64,000 nt of DNA from assembly GCA_035265325.1 (NCBI GenBank), contig DATFOS010000172.1:5653-69652 (forward strand), read 5' to 3'. How positions within the stretch are numbered: position 1 is the stretch's first letter; every line of letters starts with the position of its first letter. The stretch comes from Acidimicrobiales bacterium. Lineage in GTDB: Bacteria; Actinomycetota; Acidimicrobiia; Acidimicrobiales; VFJN01. Of the stretch, positions 36,109 to 44,601 are shown one piece after another. The translations under genes were made by a program, and so were the position numbers. The notes beneath the pieces are model-generated. The model ran no database searches, was not told where the DNA came from, and saw only the letters and a program-made list of their open reading frames with translations.

Positions 36109-36963
36109 ATGACCGCGACGCTCGACTTCGACGCCACCAGCAGGGTCGTGCAGGGGCGCTTCACGCTCCACTACCACGACGCCGGCGAGGGGGCGGCGCT
36201 GGTGCTGCTCCACGGGTCCGGTCCCGGGGTGAGCGGCTGGTCGAACTTCAAGGGCAACCTCGCCACGCTCGCCGCCGGCTTCCGCACCGTGCTCCTGGAC
36301 ATGCCCGGCTTCGGGCGCAGCCCGTCCGTGGAGCTCGACCGGGCCTACCCGCGGGTCGCCGCCGACGCCGTGGTCGACCTGCTCGACACGCTCGGCATCG
36401 AGAAGGCGCACCTGCTCGGCAACTCGATGGGCGGCTACGTGGCGGCCGAGGCCGCGCTGGCCCACCCGGACCGGGTCGACCGGCTCGTGCTCATGGGTCC
36501 CGGCGGCCTGGCGGTCAACCCGTTCGGCCCCGAGCAGAGCGAGGGCGCCCGCCGCCTCAGCGAGTTCATGCTGTCGCCGAGCCGCGAGGGCATGGTCGCC
36601 TGGGTCGACTGCATGGTGGCCAACAAGAAGGTCGTCGACGACGCCCTGATCGACGAGCGCATGGCGAACGCCCTGGCGCCCGGCGCGCTCGAGTCGGCCA
36701 TGGCGATCTTCATGAGCCTCCTGCAGCACCCGGAGGAGGTGCCGCTGTGGGCCCGGGCCGACCGCATCCGCCATCCGGCCCTCATCACCTGGGGCCGCGA
36801 CGACCGGATGCTGCCGTTCGAGGGCGCCCTCCTCCCCTTCCGCCGCATGCCCCGCGCCGAACTGCACGTGTTCTCGCGCTGCGGGCACTGGGCCCAGGTC
36901 GAGCGCAAGGACGAGTTCGAGCGCGTCGTGACCGAGTTCCTCACCCGTCCGGCCCGGGCGTAG
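36109..36963 (+). CDS. hsaD: meta-cleavage product (4,9-DSHA) hydrolase, alpha/beta hydrolase
   Basis: LLHGSGPGVSGWSNF, nucleophile elbow GNSMGG, CGHWAQ. BphD/HsaD pattern. Confidence 0.85.
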   Translation: MTATLDFDATSRVVQGRFTLHYHDAGEGAALVLLHGSGPGVSGWSNFKGNLATLAAGFRTVLLDMPGFGRSPSVELDRAYPRVAADAVVDLLDTLGIEKAHLLGNSMGGYVAAEAALAHPDRVDRLVLMGPGGLAVNPFGPEQSEGARRLSEFMLSPSREGMVAWVDCMVANKKVVDDALIDERMANALAPGALESAMAIFMSLLQHPEEVPLWARADRIRHPALITWGRDDRMLPFEGALLPFRRMPRAELHVFSRCGHWAQVERKDEFERVVTEFLTRPARA

Positions 36964-36994
36964 CGACCACCACCCGTCGAGGGAGCGCAAGACC

Positions 36995-37873
36995 ATGCCC
37001 ATTCGCAGCCTCGGTTACCTCCTCTGGCAGACGCCGCAGGCGGACACCTGGCGGGAGTTCGGCACCGAGGTCCTCGGGATGATGGCCGTCGACGGGCCCG
37101 ACCCCGACGCCACGTACTTCCGCACCGACGACCGTCCCTTCCGCTTCGTGGCCGTGCCGGGCGACGAGCCACAGGTGACACTCGGCTTCGAGGTGGACGA
37201 CGACCTCGACCTCGAGGATGTCGTCCGGGCGCTGGAGGACGGCGGCACCAAGGTCGAGCTGGCCACCGACGAGGAGGCCCGCCGGCGCCTCGTCACCGGG
37301 CTGGCCCGCTTCGAGGACCCGGCCGGCGTGCCCGTCGAGCTGTACCACGGCCCGGTCCTCGACCACGAGCCCGTGCAGACGCCGCTGGTCAGCCGGTTCG
37401 TCACCGGAGAGCAGGGCATGGGCCACGTCGTGGTCGGCACCGAGCGGGTGACGGCCACGGTCGAGCTCTACCGCCGCGTGCTGGGCTTCCGCCGGCGCAA
37501 CACGATGCGCCTCGCCATGCCCGACCCCGACGGCACGCCGTACTCGGTCCTGCACTTCCTCGGCTGCAACCCGCGGCACCACACGCTGGGCGTCGTGGCC
37601 ATGCCGTTCCCCGGGAACCTCGTGCACTTCATGCTCGAGGCCGCCGAGCTCGACGACGTGGGCCGCGCCTACGACCGGGTGCACGACCGGAAGGTGCCGA
37701 TCGCCATGACGCTCGGGCGCCACAGCAACGACCGGATGGTGTCGTTCTACTGCATGGCCCCCGACGGGGCGATGGTCGAGTTCGGCTGGGGCGGCCTGGC
37801 CGTCGACGAGCCCGAGACGACCTACGAGATCACGAAGACGAGCTTCTGGGGCCACCGGCCGCCGAGGCGATGA
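36995..37873 (+). CDS. hsaC: extradiol dioxygenase (3,4-DHSA 4,5-dioxygenase)
   Basis: Type I extradiol pattern: two vicinal-oxygen-chelate domains, GMGHVV, HHTLGV, MVEFGWGG. Confidence 0.85.
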   Translation: MPIRSLGYLLWQTPQADTWREFGTEVLGMMAVDGPDPDATYFRTDDRPFRFVAVPGDEPQVTLGFEVDDDLDLEDVVRALEDGGTKVELATDEEARRRLVTGLARFEDPAGVPVELYHGPVLDHEPVQTPLVSRFVTGEQGMGHVVVGTERVTATVELYRRVLGFRRRNTMRLAMPDPDGTPYSVLHFLGCNPRHHTLGVVAMPFPGNLVHFMLEAAELDDVGRAYDRVHDRKVPIAMTLGRHSNDRMVSFYCMAPDGAMVEFGWGGLAVDEPETTYEITKTSFWGHRPPRR

Positions 37874-37903
37874 GCTGCATCGCAGCACGAGGAGGAGCGA
37901 GCC

Positions 37904-39067
37904 GTGGTTGGTGACGACGTCGTCGAGAAAGTGCGTGGCCTGCTCCCGATGCTGCGCGAGCGTTCGCCGGAGGGTGAGGAGCTGCGCCGCCTGCCCGACG
38001 ACGTGGTCAAGCAGGTGAAGGACACCGGGCTCGTGCGGCTGCTGCAGCCCACGCGCTACGGGGGCCTCGAGGCCCATCCGCGCACGTTCTACGAGGCCGT
38101 CCTCGACATCGCCGCCGCCTGCGGGTCGGCCGGCTGGGTGTCGTCCGTCGTGGGCGTGCACCCGTGGCAGGTCGGGCAGTGGCCCGACCAGGCCCAGGCC
38201 GAGGTGTGGGGCGACGACCCCGACACCTGGGTCTCGTCCTCGTACATGCCGGGCGGCACGCTCACGCCCTGCGAGGGCGGCTACCGCCTCACCGGGCGGT
38301 GGGGCTTCTCCTCGGGCAGCGACCACTGCCAGTGGGTCATCCTCGGCACGCCGGTCGACAACGGCGAGGGCCAGCCCGGCGAGTACCGCAACACGCTGCT
38401 GCGCCGGGGCGAGTACGTCATCGAGGACGTGTGGGACACCGTCGGCCTGCGCGGCACGGGCAGCAACGACATCGTCGTCGAGGACCTGTTCGTCCCCGAG
38501 TACCGCACGCTCGACCTCATCGCCATGTTCTCCACCAAGGCGCCGGGCCTCGAGGTGAACGAGGCGCCGCTGTACAAGATGCCGTTCGCCACCCTGTTCT
38601 CGTACGCAATCACGGGCCCGATCATCGGCATGGCCGAGGGGATGCTGGCAGAGGGTGTCGAGCTCACCCGCAAGCGGGTCTCGAAGAACTGGGGCAAGGC
38701 CTCCGACGACCCGTTCACGGTGTCGGCGCTGGGCGAGTCGGCGTGCGAGATCGACGCCTGCCGGCTGCAGATGTTCCGCAACCTCGACGAGATGATGGCC
38801 ACGGTCGAGAGCGGCGAGCGCATCTCGGTCCAGCAGCGGTCGCAGGCACGCCGCGACCAGGTGATGGCCACCCAGCGGGCCATCGCCGCCCTCGACGACG
38901 TCTTCGACCGGTCCGGGGCCCCGGTGATCATGAAGGCCAATCCCATGCAGCGGATCTGGCGGGACGCGCACGCCGCCCGCCACCACACGATCAACACCTA
39001 CGAGAAGTCGCTGCTCAGCTGGGGCCACGTAACGCTGGGCGGCAACCCGACCGACATGATGGTCTGA
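37904..39067 (+). CDS. hsaA: flavin-dependent 3-HSA hydroxylase, oxygenase component
   Basis: ACAD-fold two-component monooxygenase: RLLQPTRYGG, WGFSSGSDHCQW, GLRGTGSNDIVV, RIWRDAHAARHH. GAGGAGGAG RBS. Confidence 0.85.
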   Translation: MVGDDVVEKVRGLLPMLRERSPEGEELRRLPDDVVKQVKDTGLVRLLQPTRYGGLEAHPRTFYEAVLDIAAACGSAGWVSSVVGVHPWQVGQWPDQAQAEVWGDDPDTWVSSSYMPGGTLTPCEGGYRLTGRWGFSSGSDHCQWVILGTPVDNGEGQPGEYRNTLLRRGEYVIEDVWDTVGLRGTGSNDIVVEDLFVPEYRTLDLIAMFSTKAPGLEVNEAPLYKMPFATLFSYAITGPIIGMAEGMLAEGVELTRKRVSKNWGKASDDPFTVSALGESACEIDACRLQMFRNLDEMMATVESGERISVQQRSQARRDQVMATQRAIAALDDVFDRSGAPVIMKANPMQRIWRDAHAARHHTINTYEKSLLSWGHVTLGGNPTDMMV

Positions 39068-39090
39068 GGACCAAAATGGTTGCACCGACA

Positions 39091-39109
39091 TAGTTTCGGT
39101 GGGAAACTA
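39091..39109. promoter_or_regulatory. AT-rich 7-bp inverted repeat between hsaA and marR, candidate MarR/IclR operator
   Basis: TAGTTTC ggtgg GAAACTA. It overlaps a second repeat CACCGA-N7-TCGGTG (39083-39101). Confidence 0.5.
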
Positions 39110-39140
39110 CCTTCGGTCGGGGGGCCGGAGGGTGTTCGTC

Positions 39141-39737
39141 ATGAAGCAGTCGCATCGGGGGGAGGCCGACGGGGGTGGTCGCACCCCCGTCGCCGAGCTG
39201 TACGACTCCACGTTCCGCCTCGTCTCCTCGTGGACGACCCGCACCGTGACCCAGTTGCTGTACGCCCGGGCCGGTATCGGGATCGGGCCGATCCAGCACG
39301 TCGTCCTCCGCCAGGCCCAGGCGGCCGGCCCGCTGAAGCTGGGCCGGCTGGCGGCGCTGACGGGCATGACGGCGTCGAACGCCAGCAAGGTCGTCACCGA
39401 CCTCGTCGACGCGGGAATGCTCCGGCGGGAGGTCCCCGACGACGACCGGCGCGTCACGCTGCTCCAGGTCACCGCCAAGGGCCGGGGCGCGCTGGTCGCG
39501 CTGGAGCGGGTGGGCGGCGAGATGCTGGGCGAGCGGCTGGCGTCGTTCACACCGGTCGAGGTCGACGACCTGCGCCGCCTCCTGAGCCGCCTCGCCGACG
39601 AGGTGGAGTCGTGGGGGGCACAGCTGGTCGAGGGCGGGGATGGCGGCATCGTCGACGACCCCGGCGACGAGCAGGGCGACCGTCGGCGGTCGCGCACCCG
39701 GGGCGGCACCGCCGCCCTAACCGTGGAGGAGAGCTGA
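39141..39737 (+). CDS. MarR-family transcriptional regulator
   Basis: Winged helix LGRLAALTGMTASNASKVVTDLVDAGMLRREVPDDDRRVTLLQVTAKGR. ATG 39141 is preferred (GGAG about 10 nt upstream). The AT-rich inverted repeat lies just upstream. Confidence 0.8.
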   Translation: MKQSHRGEADGGGRTPVAELYDSTFRLVSSWTTRTVTQLLYARAGIGIGPIQHVVLRQAQAAGPLKLGRLAALTGMTASNASKVVTDLVDAGMLRREVPDDDRRVTLLQVTAKGRGALVALERVGGEMLGERLASFTPVEVDDLRRLLSRLADEVESWGAQLVEGGDGGIVDDPGDEQGDRRRSRTRGGTAALTVEES

Positions 39738-40546
39738 TGCTGGTCGTAGCCCAACCCACGCCCGACGCACACGAGCGAGACGAACGCGAGGGGAAGGCGA
39801 CCTCCGTGCTGGCCCGGGCGGCCATGATCCTCGACGCCTTCGACGGCACCACGCCGTCGCTCAGCCTGAGCGTGCTGAGCAGCCGGGCCGGCCTGCCCAA
39901 GTCGACCGTCCACCGCTTCGCCGAGCAGCTGCTCGAGCTCGGCTGGCTCGAGCGCGCCAACGGTGGCTACCGGGTCGGCATGCGCCTGTTCGAGGTCGGG
40001 GGCCTGGCCGAGCGCCGCAACCGCATGCGCGACAAGGCGCTGCCCATCCTGCAGCAGCTCTCGGCGGCCACGCACTGCGCCGTCCACCTGGCCGTGCTCG
40101 ACCGCTCCGAGGTCGTCTACCTCGACAAGCTGCCGATCCGGGGTCTCGAGGTGCCCACCCGCGAGGGCGGGCGCATGCCCGCCCACTGCACCTCGCTCGG
40201 CAAGGCGCTGCTGGCCTTCGCCGACGACAAGGAGGTCGAGCGGGTGATCGCCCGCGGGCTCCCCCGGCGCACCCCCACCACCATCACCACGGCCGACGGG
40301 CTGCGGGCCGAACTCGCCGCGATCCGCAAGGCCGGCGTGTCCTACGACCGCGAGGAGGGCTGCGAGGGCATCTCGTGCGTCGCCGCCCCCATCCGGGGGT
40401 CGGGCCGGGCCATCGGCGCCGTGTCGGTCGCCAACTTCACCGGCCAGATCGACCTGCGGGCCGTGTCGGGGTCGGTGCAGCGGGCGGCCGGCGGCATCTG
40501 GCACGAGCTGTTCGGCAGCCGCGCCGCCTGCGGGACCGCCCGCTGA
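39737..40546 (+). CDS. IclR-family transcriptional regulator
   Basis: LSSRAGLPKSTVHRFAEQLLELGWL HTH and an effector domain (HCTSLGKALLAF, YDREEGCEGISCVAAPI). TGATG overlap with marR. Confidence 0.85.
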   Translation: MLVVAQPTPDAHERDEREGKATSVLARAAMILDAFDGTTPSLSLSVLSSRAGLPKSTVHRFAEQLLELGWLERANGGYRVGMRLFEVGGLAERRNRMRDKALPILQQLSAATHCAVHLAVLDRSEVVYLDKLPIRGLEVPTREGGRMPAHCTSLGKALLAFADDKEVERVIARGLPRRTPTTITTADGLRAELAAIRKAGVSYDREEGCEGISCVAAPIRGSGRAIGAVSVANFTGQIDLRAVSGSVQRAAGGIWHELFGSRAACGTAR

Positions 40547-40554
40547 GGGCGGAC

Positions 40555-40573
40555 GGGGCCGCACGGCGGCCCC
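40555..40573. terminator. GC hairpin in the convergent gap between iclR and fadA6
   Basis: 7-bp stem GGGGCCG / CGGCCCC with a 5-nt loop, followed by a second GGGGC-cggc-GCCCC hairpin. Confidence 0.35.
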
Positions 40574-40609
40574 CGCGCCCGGGACCCGGGGCCGGCGCCC
40601 CGGCGAGGC

Positions 40610-41761
40610 TCAGCCCAGCCGCTCGACGATCGTGACGTTGGCCTGGCCGCCCCCCTCGCACATGGTCTGGAGGCCGTAACGGCCGCCCGTGCGGTCGAGC
40701 TCGTGCAGCAGCGTCGTCATCAGCCGGGCGCCGGTGGCGCCCAGCGGGTGGCCGAGGGCGATGGCGCCGCCGTTGGCGTTGACCCGGTCCGGGTCGGCGC
40801 GGGTCTCGTGCAGCCACGCCAGCACGACCGAGGCGAAGGCCTCGTTGACCTCGAACCGGTCGATCTCGTCGACCGCCAGGCCCGTCCTGGCCAGCGCCCG
40901 CGCCGTGGCCGGGATCGGGGCGGTGAGCATCCGCACCGGGTCCTCGCCCAGCACCGAGAGGTGGTGCACCCGGGCCCGCGGCGTGAGCCCGTGGTCCCGC
41001 AGGGCCCGGTCGTTGACGACCAGCAGCGCAGCGGCGGCGTCGGAGATCTGCGAGGCCACCGCCGCCGTGACGCGCCCGCCGTCGATCAGCGGCCGCAGCG
41101 AGCGGATCTTGTCGAGGTCGGGCGGCCGGGGCCCCTCGTCGAGCGCCGCCTCGCCCAGCGGGGCGATCTCGGCCTCGAAGCGGCCCTCGGCCCGGGCGGC
41201 CAGCGCCCGCTCGTGCGAGCGCACGGCGTAGGCCTCCATGTCGTCGCGGCCGATGCCCCACTGCTCGGCGATCATCTCGGCCGACCGGAACTGGTCGAGC
41301 GGGCCGGGCCCGTAGCGGGCCACCCAGCCGGGGGAGCCGGTGAACGGGTCGTCGAAGCCGTACTCGGCGCCGACGAGCATCGCCGACGAGATGGGGATGC
41401 GCGACATCTGCTGCACCCCGCCGGCGATCACGACGTCCTGGGTGCCCGACATGACCGCCTGGGCGGCGAAGTGGATGGCCTGCTGCGCCGAACCGCACTG
41501 CCGGTCGACCGTGGTCCCGGGCACCGTCTCCGGTAGCCCTGCCACGAGGGCGCAGGTCCGGGCGATGTCGCCGGCCTGGCCGCCGATCGTGTCGACGCAA
41601 CCGAACACCACGTCGTCGACCGCCGCGGGGTCGATCCCGGTGCGCTCCACCAGGGCACCCACGGCGTGGGCGCCGAGGTCGGCCGGGTGCAGGTGCGACA
41701 GGGCGCCGTTGCGCCGGCCCACCGGCGTGCGCACGGCCTCGACGAGGTACGCCTCGGGCAT
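40610..41761 (-). CDS. fadA6: acetyl-CoA acyltransferase (thiolase), FadA6-like
   Basis: [12 protein letters not shown] (nucleophile Cys), [26 protein letters not shown]. Very close to recalled Rv3556c. Confidence 0.8.
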   Translation of the reverse strand: MPEAYLVEAVRTPVGRRNGALSHLHPADLGAHAVGALVERTGIDPAAVDDVVFGCVDTIGGQAGDIARTCALVAGLPETVPGTTVDRQCGSAQQAIHFAAQAVMSGTQDVVIAGGVQQMSRIPISSAMLVGAEYGFDDPFTGSPGWVARYGPGPLDQFRSAEMIAEQWGIGRDDMEAYAVRSHERALAARAEGRFEAEIAPLGEAALDEGPRPPDLDKIRSLRPLIDGGRVTAAVASQISDAAAALLVVNDRALRDHGLTPRARVHHLSVLGEDPVRMLTAPIPATARALARTGLAVDEIDRFEVNEAFASVVLAWLHETRADPDRVNANGGAIALGHPLGATGARLMTTLLHELDRTGGRYGLQTMCEGGGQANVTIVERLG

Positions 41762-41884
41762 GGCGGCACGGTACCGACGGCCCGGCGGCCGCCCGCCCGT
41801 GCGGTCGGCCGCGGTGCCGGTCACCGGGATGAGGGGCTCCGCACCGGGCGGTCCGGTCGCGGCGAACGCGGGAGGGTGGGCGGG

Positions 41885-42664
41885 ATGACCGACGCGCTCG
41901 ACATGACCGGCCGGGTCGTGCTCGTCACGGGCGGCACCAAGGGTGTCGGCCGCGGGATCGTCGACCGCTTCGCCGCGGCCGGCGCCACGGTGGTGACCTG
42001 CGCCCGGCGCCCCCCGGCGGCGCCGATCCCGGGCGCCGACGTGCTGGCGTGCGATGTCCGCGAGGCGGAGCAGGTCCAGGCGCTCGTCGACGAGGTCGTG
42101 GCCCGCCACGGCCGGCTCGACGTCGCCGTCAACAACGCCGGCGGGTCGCCGCCGGTCCCCGCCGCCGACGCCTCGCCCCGCTTCGCCGAGTCGATCATCC
42201 GGCTCAACCTGATCGGCGCCCTGCACGTCTGCCACGCCGCCCACGCCGTGATGCGCACCCAGCCCGAGGGCGGTTCGATCGTCAACCTCACCAGCCTCAG
42301 CGGGCTGCGCCCCTCCCCCGACACCCACGCCTACGGCGCCGCCAAGGCCGGGCTGCTCAACCTCACCCAGACGCTCGCCATGGAGTGGGCGCCCGCGGTG
42401 CGGGTCAACGCCGTCTGCCCCGGCCCGGTGCTGACCGAGCAGGCCGCGCTGTTCTACGGCGACGAGGCGGGCGTCGCCCGGGTGGCCGCGACGATCCCCA
42501 TGGGCCGGCTGGCCACGCCCCGCGACGTCGGCGACGCCTGCCTGTACCTGGCCTCGCCCCTGTCCGCCTACGTCACCGGCACGAACCTGCTCGTCCACGG
42601 CGGCGGCGAGCGGCCGCCCTACCTCGACGCCTCGGGGCGGGACCGGCCGGAGGGCGCGGGCTGA
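41885..42664 (+). CDS. short-chain dehydrogenase/reductase (SDR)
   Basis: TGGTKGVG, NNAG, YGAAK. Confidence 0.85.
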   Translation: MTDALDMTGRVVLVTGGTKGVGRGIVDRFAAAGATVVTCARRPPAAPIPGADVLACDVREAEQVQALVDEVVARHGRLDVAVNNAGGSPPVPAADASPRFAESIIRLNLIGALHVCHAAHAVMRTQPEGGSIVNLTSLSGLRPSPDTHAYGAAKAGLLNLTQTLAMEWAPAVRVNAVCPGPVLTEQAALFYGDEAGVARVAATIPMGRLATPRDVGDACLYLASPLSAYVTGTNLLVHGGGERPPYLDASGRDRPEGAG

Positions 42665-43438
42665 TCAGGCGTGCTGGCTGGAGACGCTGACGACCTCGCC
42701 GGTCATGTACGAGGACAGGTCGCTGGCGAGGAAGGCGATGACGTTGGCGACCTCCCACGGCTCGGCGGCCCGGCCGAACGCCTCGCGGCGGGTGAGGTCG
42801 TCGAGCACTTCATCCGTGGTGACCTTGGCGAGGAACGGGTGCATGGCCAGCGACGGCGCCACCGCGTTGACCCGCACGCCGTACGCCGCCGCCTCGACCG
42901 CAGCGCAGCGGGTGAGCGCCATCACGCCGGCCTTGGCCGCGGCGTAGTGGGCCTGGCCCGCCTGGGCCCGCCACCCGAGCACCGAGGCGTTGTTGACGAT
43001 CGTGCCGCCGCCCCGGTCCCGCAGGTGGCGCAGGGCGGCGCGCGTGCAGCGGAACGTGCCGTTGAGCGTCACGTCCAGCACCGTCGACCACTGCTCGTCG
43101 GTCATGTCGACGAGGTCGGCCGTCCCGCCGAGGCCGGCGTTGTTCACCACGACGTCGGCCCCGCCGAGCTCGCGTTCGGCGGCGGCGAACAGGGCCTGCA
43201 CCTGGTCCTCGTCGGTGACGTCGCACACCTGGGCCGGGGCGCCGAGCCGCTCGGCCGCCTGGCCCAGGCGCCGCTCGTGGGCGTCGCTGACGAGCACGCG
43301 GGCGCCCTCGGCGAGGAAGCGCTCGGCCGTGGCGAAGCCGATGCCGGTCCCGGCCGCCGCGGTGATGATCGCCGTGCGGCCGGCCAGCAGGCCGCGCCCG
43401 GGCGGCGGCTCGGGGGGCGTGGTCGTGGGGGTCGTCAC
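42665..43438 (-). CDS. short-chain dehydrogenase/reductase (Rv3559c-like)
   Basis: TAAAGTGIG, NNAG, YAAAK. GTGA overlap with the upstream ACAD. Its stop abuts the convergent SDR stop (TGATCA). Confidence 0.8.
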   Translation of the reverse strand: MTTPTTTPPEPPPGRGLLAGRTAIITAAAGTGIGFATAERFLAEGARVLVSDAHERRLGQAAERLGAPAQVCDVTDEDQVQALFAAAERELGGADVVVNNAGLGGTADLVDMTDEQWSTVLDVTLNGTFRCTRAALRHLRDRGGGTIVNNASVLGWRAQAGQAHYAAAKAGVMALTRCAAVEAAAYGVRVNAVAPSLAMHPFLAKVTTDEVLDDLTRREAFGRAAEPWEVANVIAFLASDLSSYMTGEVVSVSSQHA

Positions 43439-44601
43439 CGCGGCTCCTTGGGGAGGCCCAGCGCCCGCTCGCCGATGACGTTGCGCTGGACCTGGTTGCT
43501 GCCGCCGTAGATCGTGTCGGCGCGGGAGAACAGGAAGAGGCGCCGCAGGGCGGCGTGGCGGCCGTCGTCGACCGTGCCGGCCATGCCGAGCACGTCGGCG
43601 GCCAGCTCGCCCATGTCGCGGTGCAGGGTCGCCCAGTAGAGCTTGGTCACCATGGCCGCGCCGGTGAGCTCGGGCCGGTCGGAGGCCAGGAAGCGCACGG
43701 CGTTCCACCGCATGATGCGCAGGCGGCCCCGCACGTCGGCCAGGCGCTGGCGGACACGTGGGTCGCCGACGGTCCCGTTGGCGCGGGCGGCGTCCACGAT
43801 CATGGCCAGCTCGTGCTCGAAGTAGAGGACCTGGCCCAGCGTCGAGGCGCCGCGCTCGAAGGCGAGCGTCCCCATGGCCACCCGCCAGCCCTCCCCCACC
43901 GGGCCCACGACGTTGCCCGCCGCCGTGCGGGCGCCGTCGAAGAACACCTCGTTGAATTCCGACGACCCCGTGAGTTGCACGATGGGCCGGACGTCGACGC
44001 CGGGCTGGTCGAGCGGCACCAGCAGGTAGGACAGCCCGCGGTGGCGGGTCGAGGCGGGGTCCGTCCGGGCCACGACGAAGCACCAGTCGCTGACGTGGGC
44101 GAGCGAGGTCCACACCTTCTGGCCGGTCACGACCCACTCGTCGCCGTCCCGCTCCGCCCGGGTGGCGACGTTGGCCAGGTCGGAGCCGGCGTCGGGTTCG
44201 GAGTAGCCCTGGCACCACAGCTCGTCGCCGCACAGGATCGGCGGCAGGAAGCGGCCCTGCTGCTCGGGCGTGCCGAAGGCGATGATCGTCGGGCCGGCGA
44301 GCGTCTCGCCGATGTGCCCGAGCCGGCCCGGGGCGTCGGCGCGCACGTACTCCTCGTTGAAGACGACCTGCCGGTCGAGCGGCAGCGCCCGCCCCCCGAA
44401 GCCGGGCGCCCAGCCGATGCCGGTCCAGCCGTGGGCGCCCAGGTGGCGCTCCCACGCCCGTCGCTCGTCGATGGCCTCGTCCTCATGGCCCGGGCCGCCG
44501 CGGCCGCGCAGCTCCTTGAAGTCGCCGTCGAGCGACTCGGCGAGGAAGGCGCGTACGTCCGCCCGGAACGCCTGGTCCTCCGCCGTGGGCCGCAGGTCCA
44601 T
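43435..44601 (-). CDS. fadE30: acyl-CoA dehydrogenase, FadE30-like
   Basis: ELWCQGYSEPDAGSDLA, GQKVWTSLAH, LSYLLVPLDQPGVDVRPI, IYGGSNQVQRN. Close to recalled Rv3560c. Confidence 0.8.
   Translation of the reverse strand: MDLRPTAEDQAFRADVRAFLAESLDGDFKELRGRGGPGHEDEAIDERRAWERHLGAHGWTGIGWAPGFGGRALPLDRQVVFNEEYVRADAPGRLGHIGETLAGPTIIAFGTPEQQGRFLPPILCGDELWCQGYSEPDAGSDLANVATRAERDGDEWVVTGQKVWTSLAHVSDWCFVVARTDPASTRHRGLSYLLVPLDQPGVDVRPIVQLTGSSEFNEVFFDGARTAAGNVVGPVGEGWRVAMGTLAFERGASTLGQVLYFEHELAMIVDAARANGTVGDPRVRQRLADVRGRLRIMRWNAVRFLASDRPELTGAAMVTKLYWATLHRDMGELAADVLGMAGTVDDGRHAALRRLFLFSRADTIYGGSNQVQRNVIGERALGLPKEPR

Noticed and set aside
42662-42667. Two convergent SDR genes whose stop codons abut as the palindrome TGATCA, with zero intergenic bases.
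   Set aside because: Noteworthy for its compactness, but a chance arrangement is sufficient. No hairpin or other signal is associated with it.
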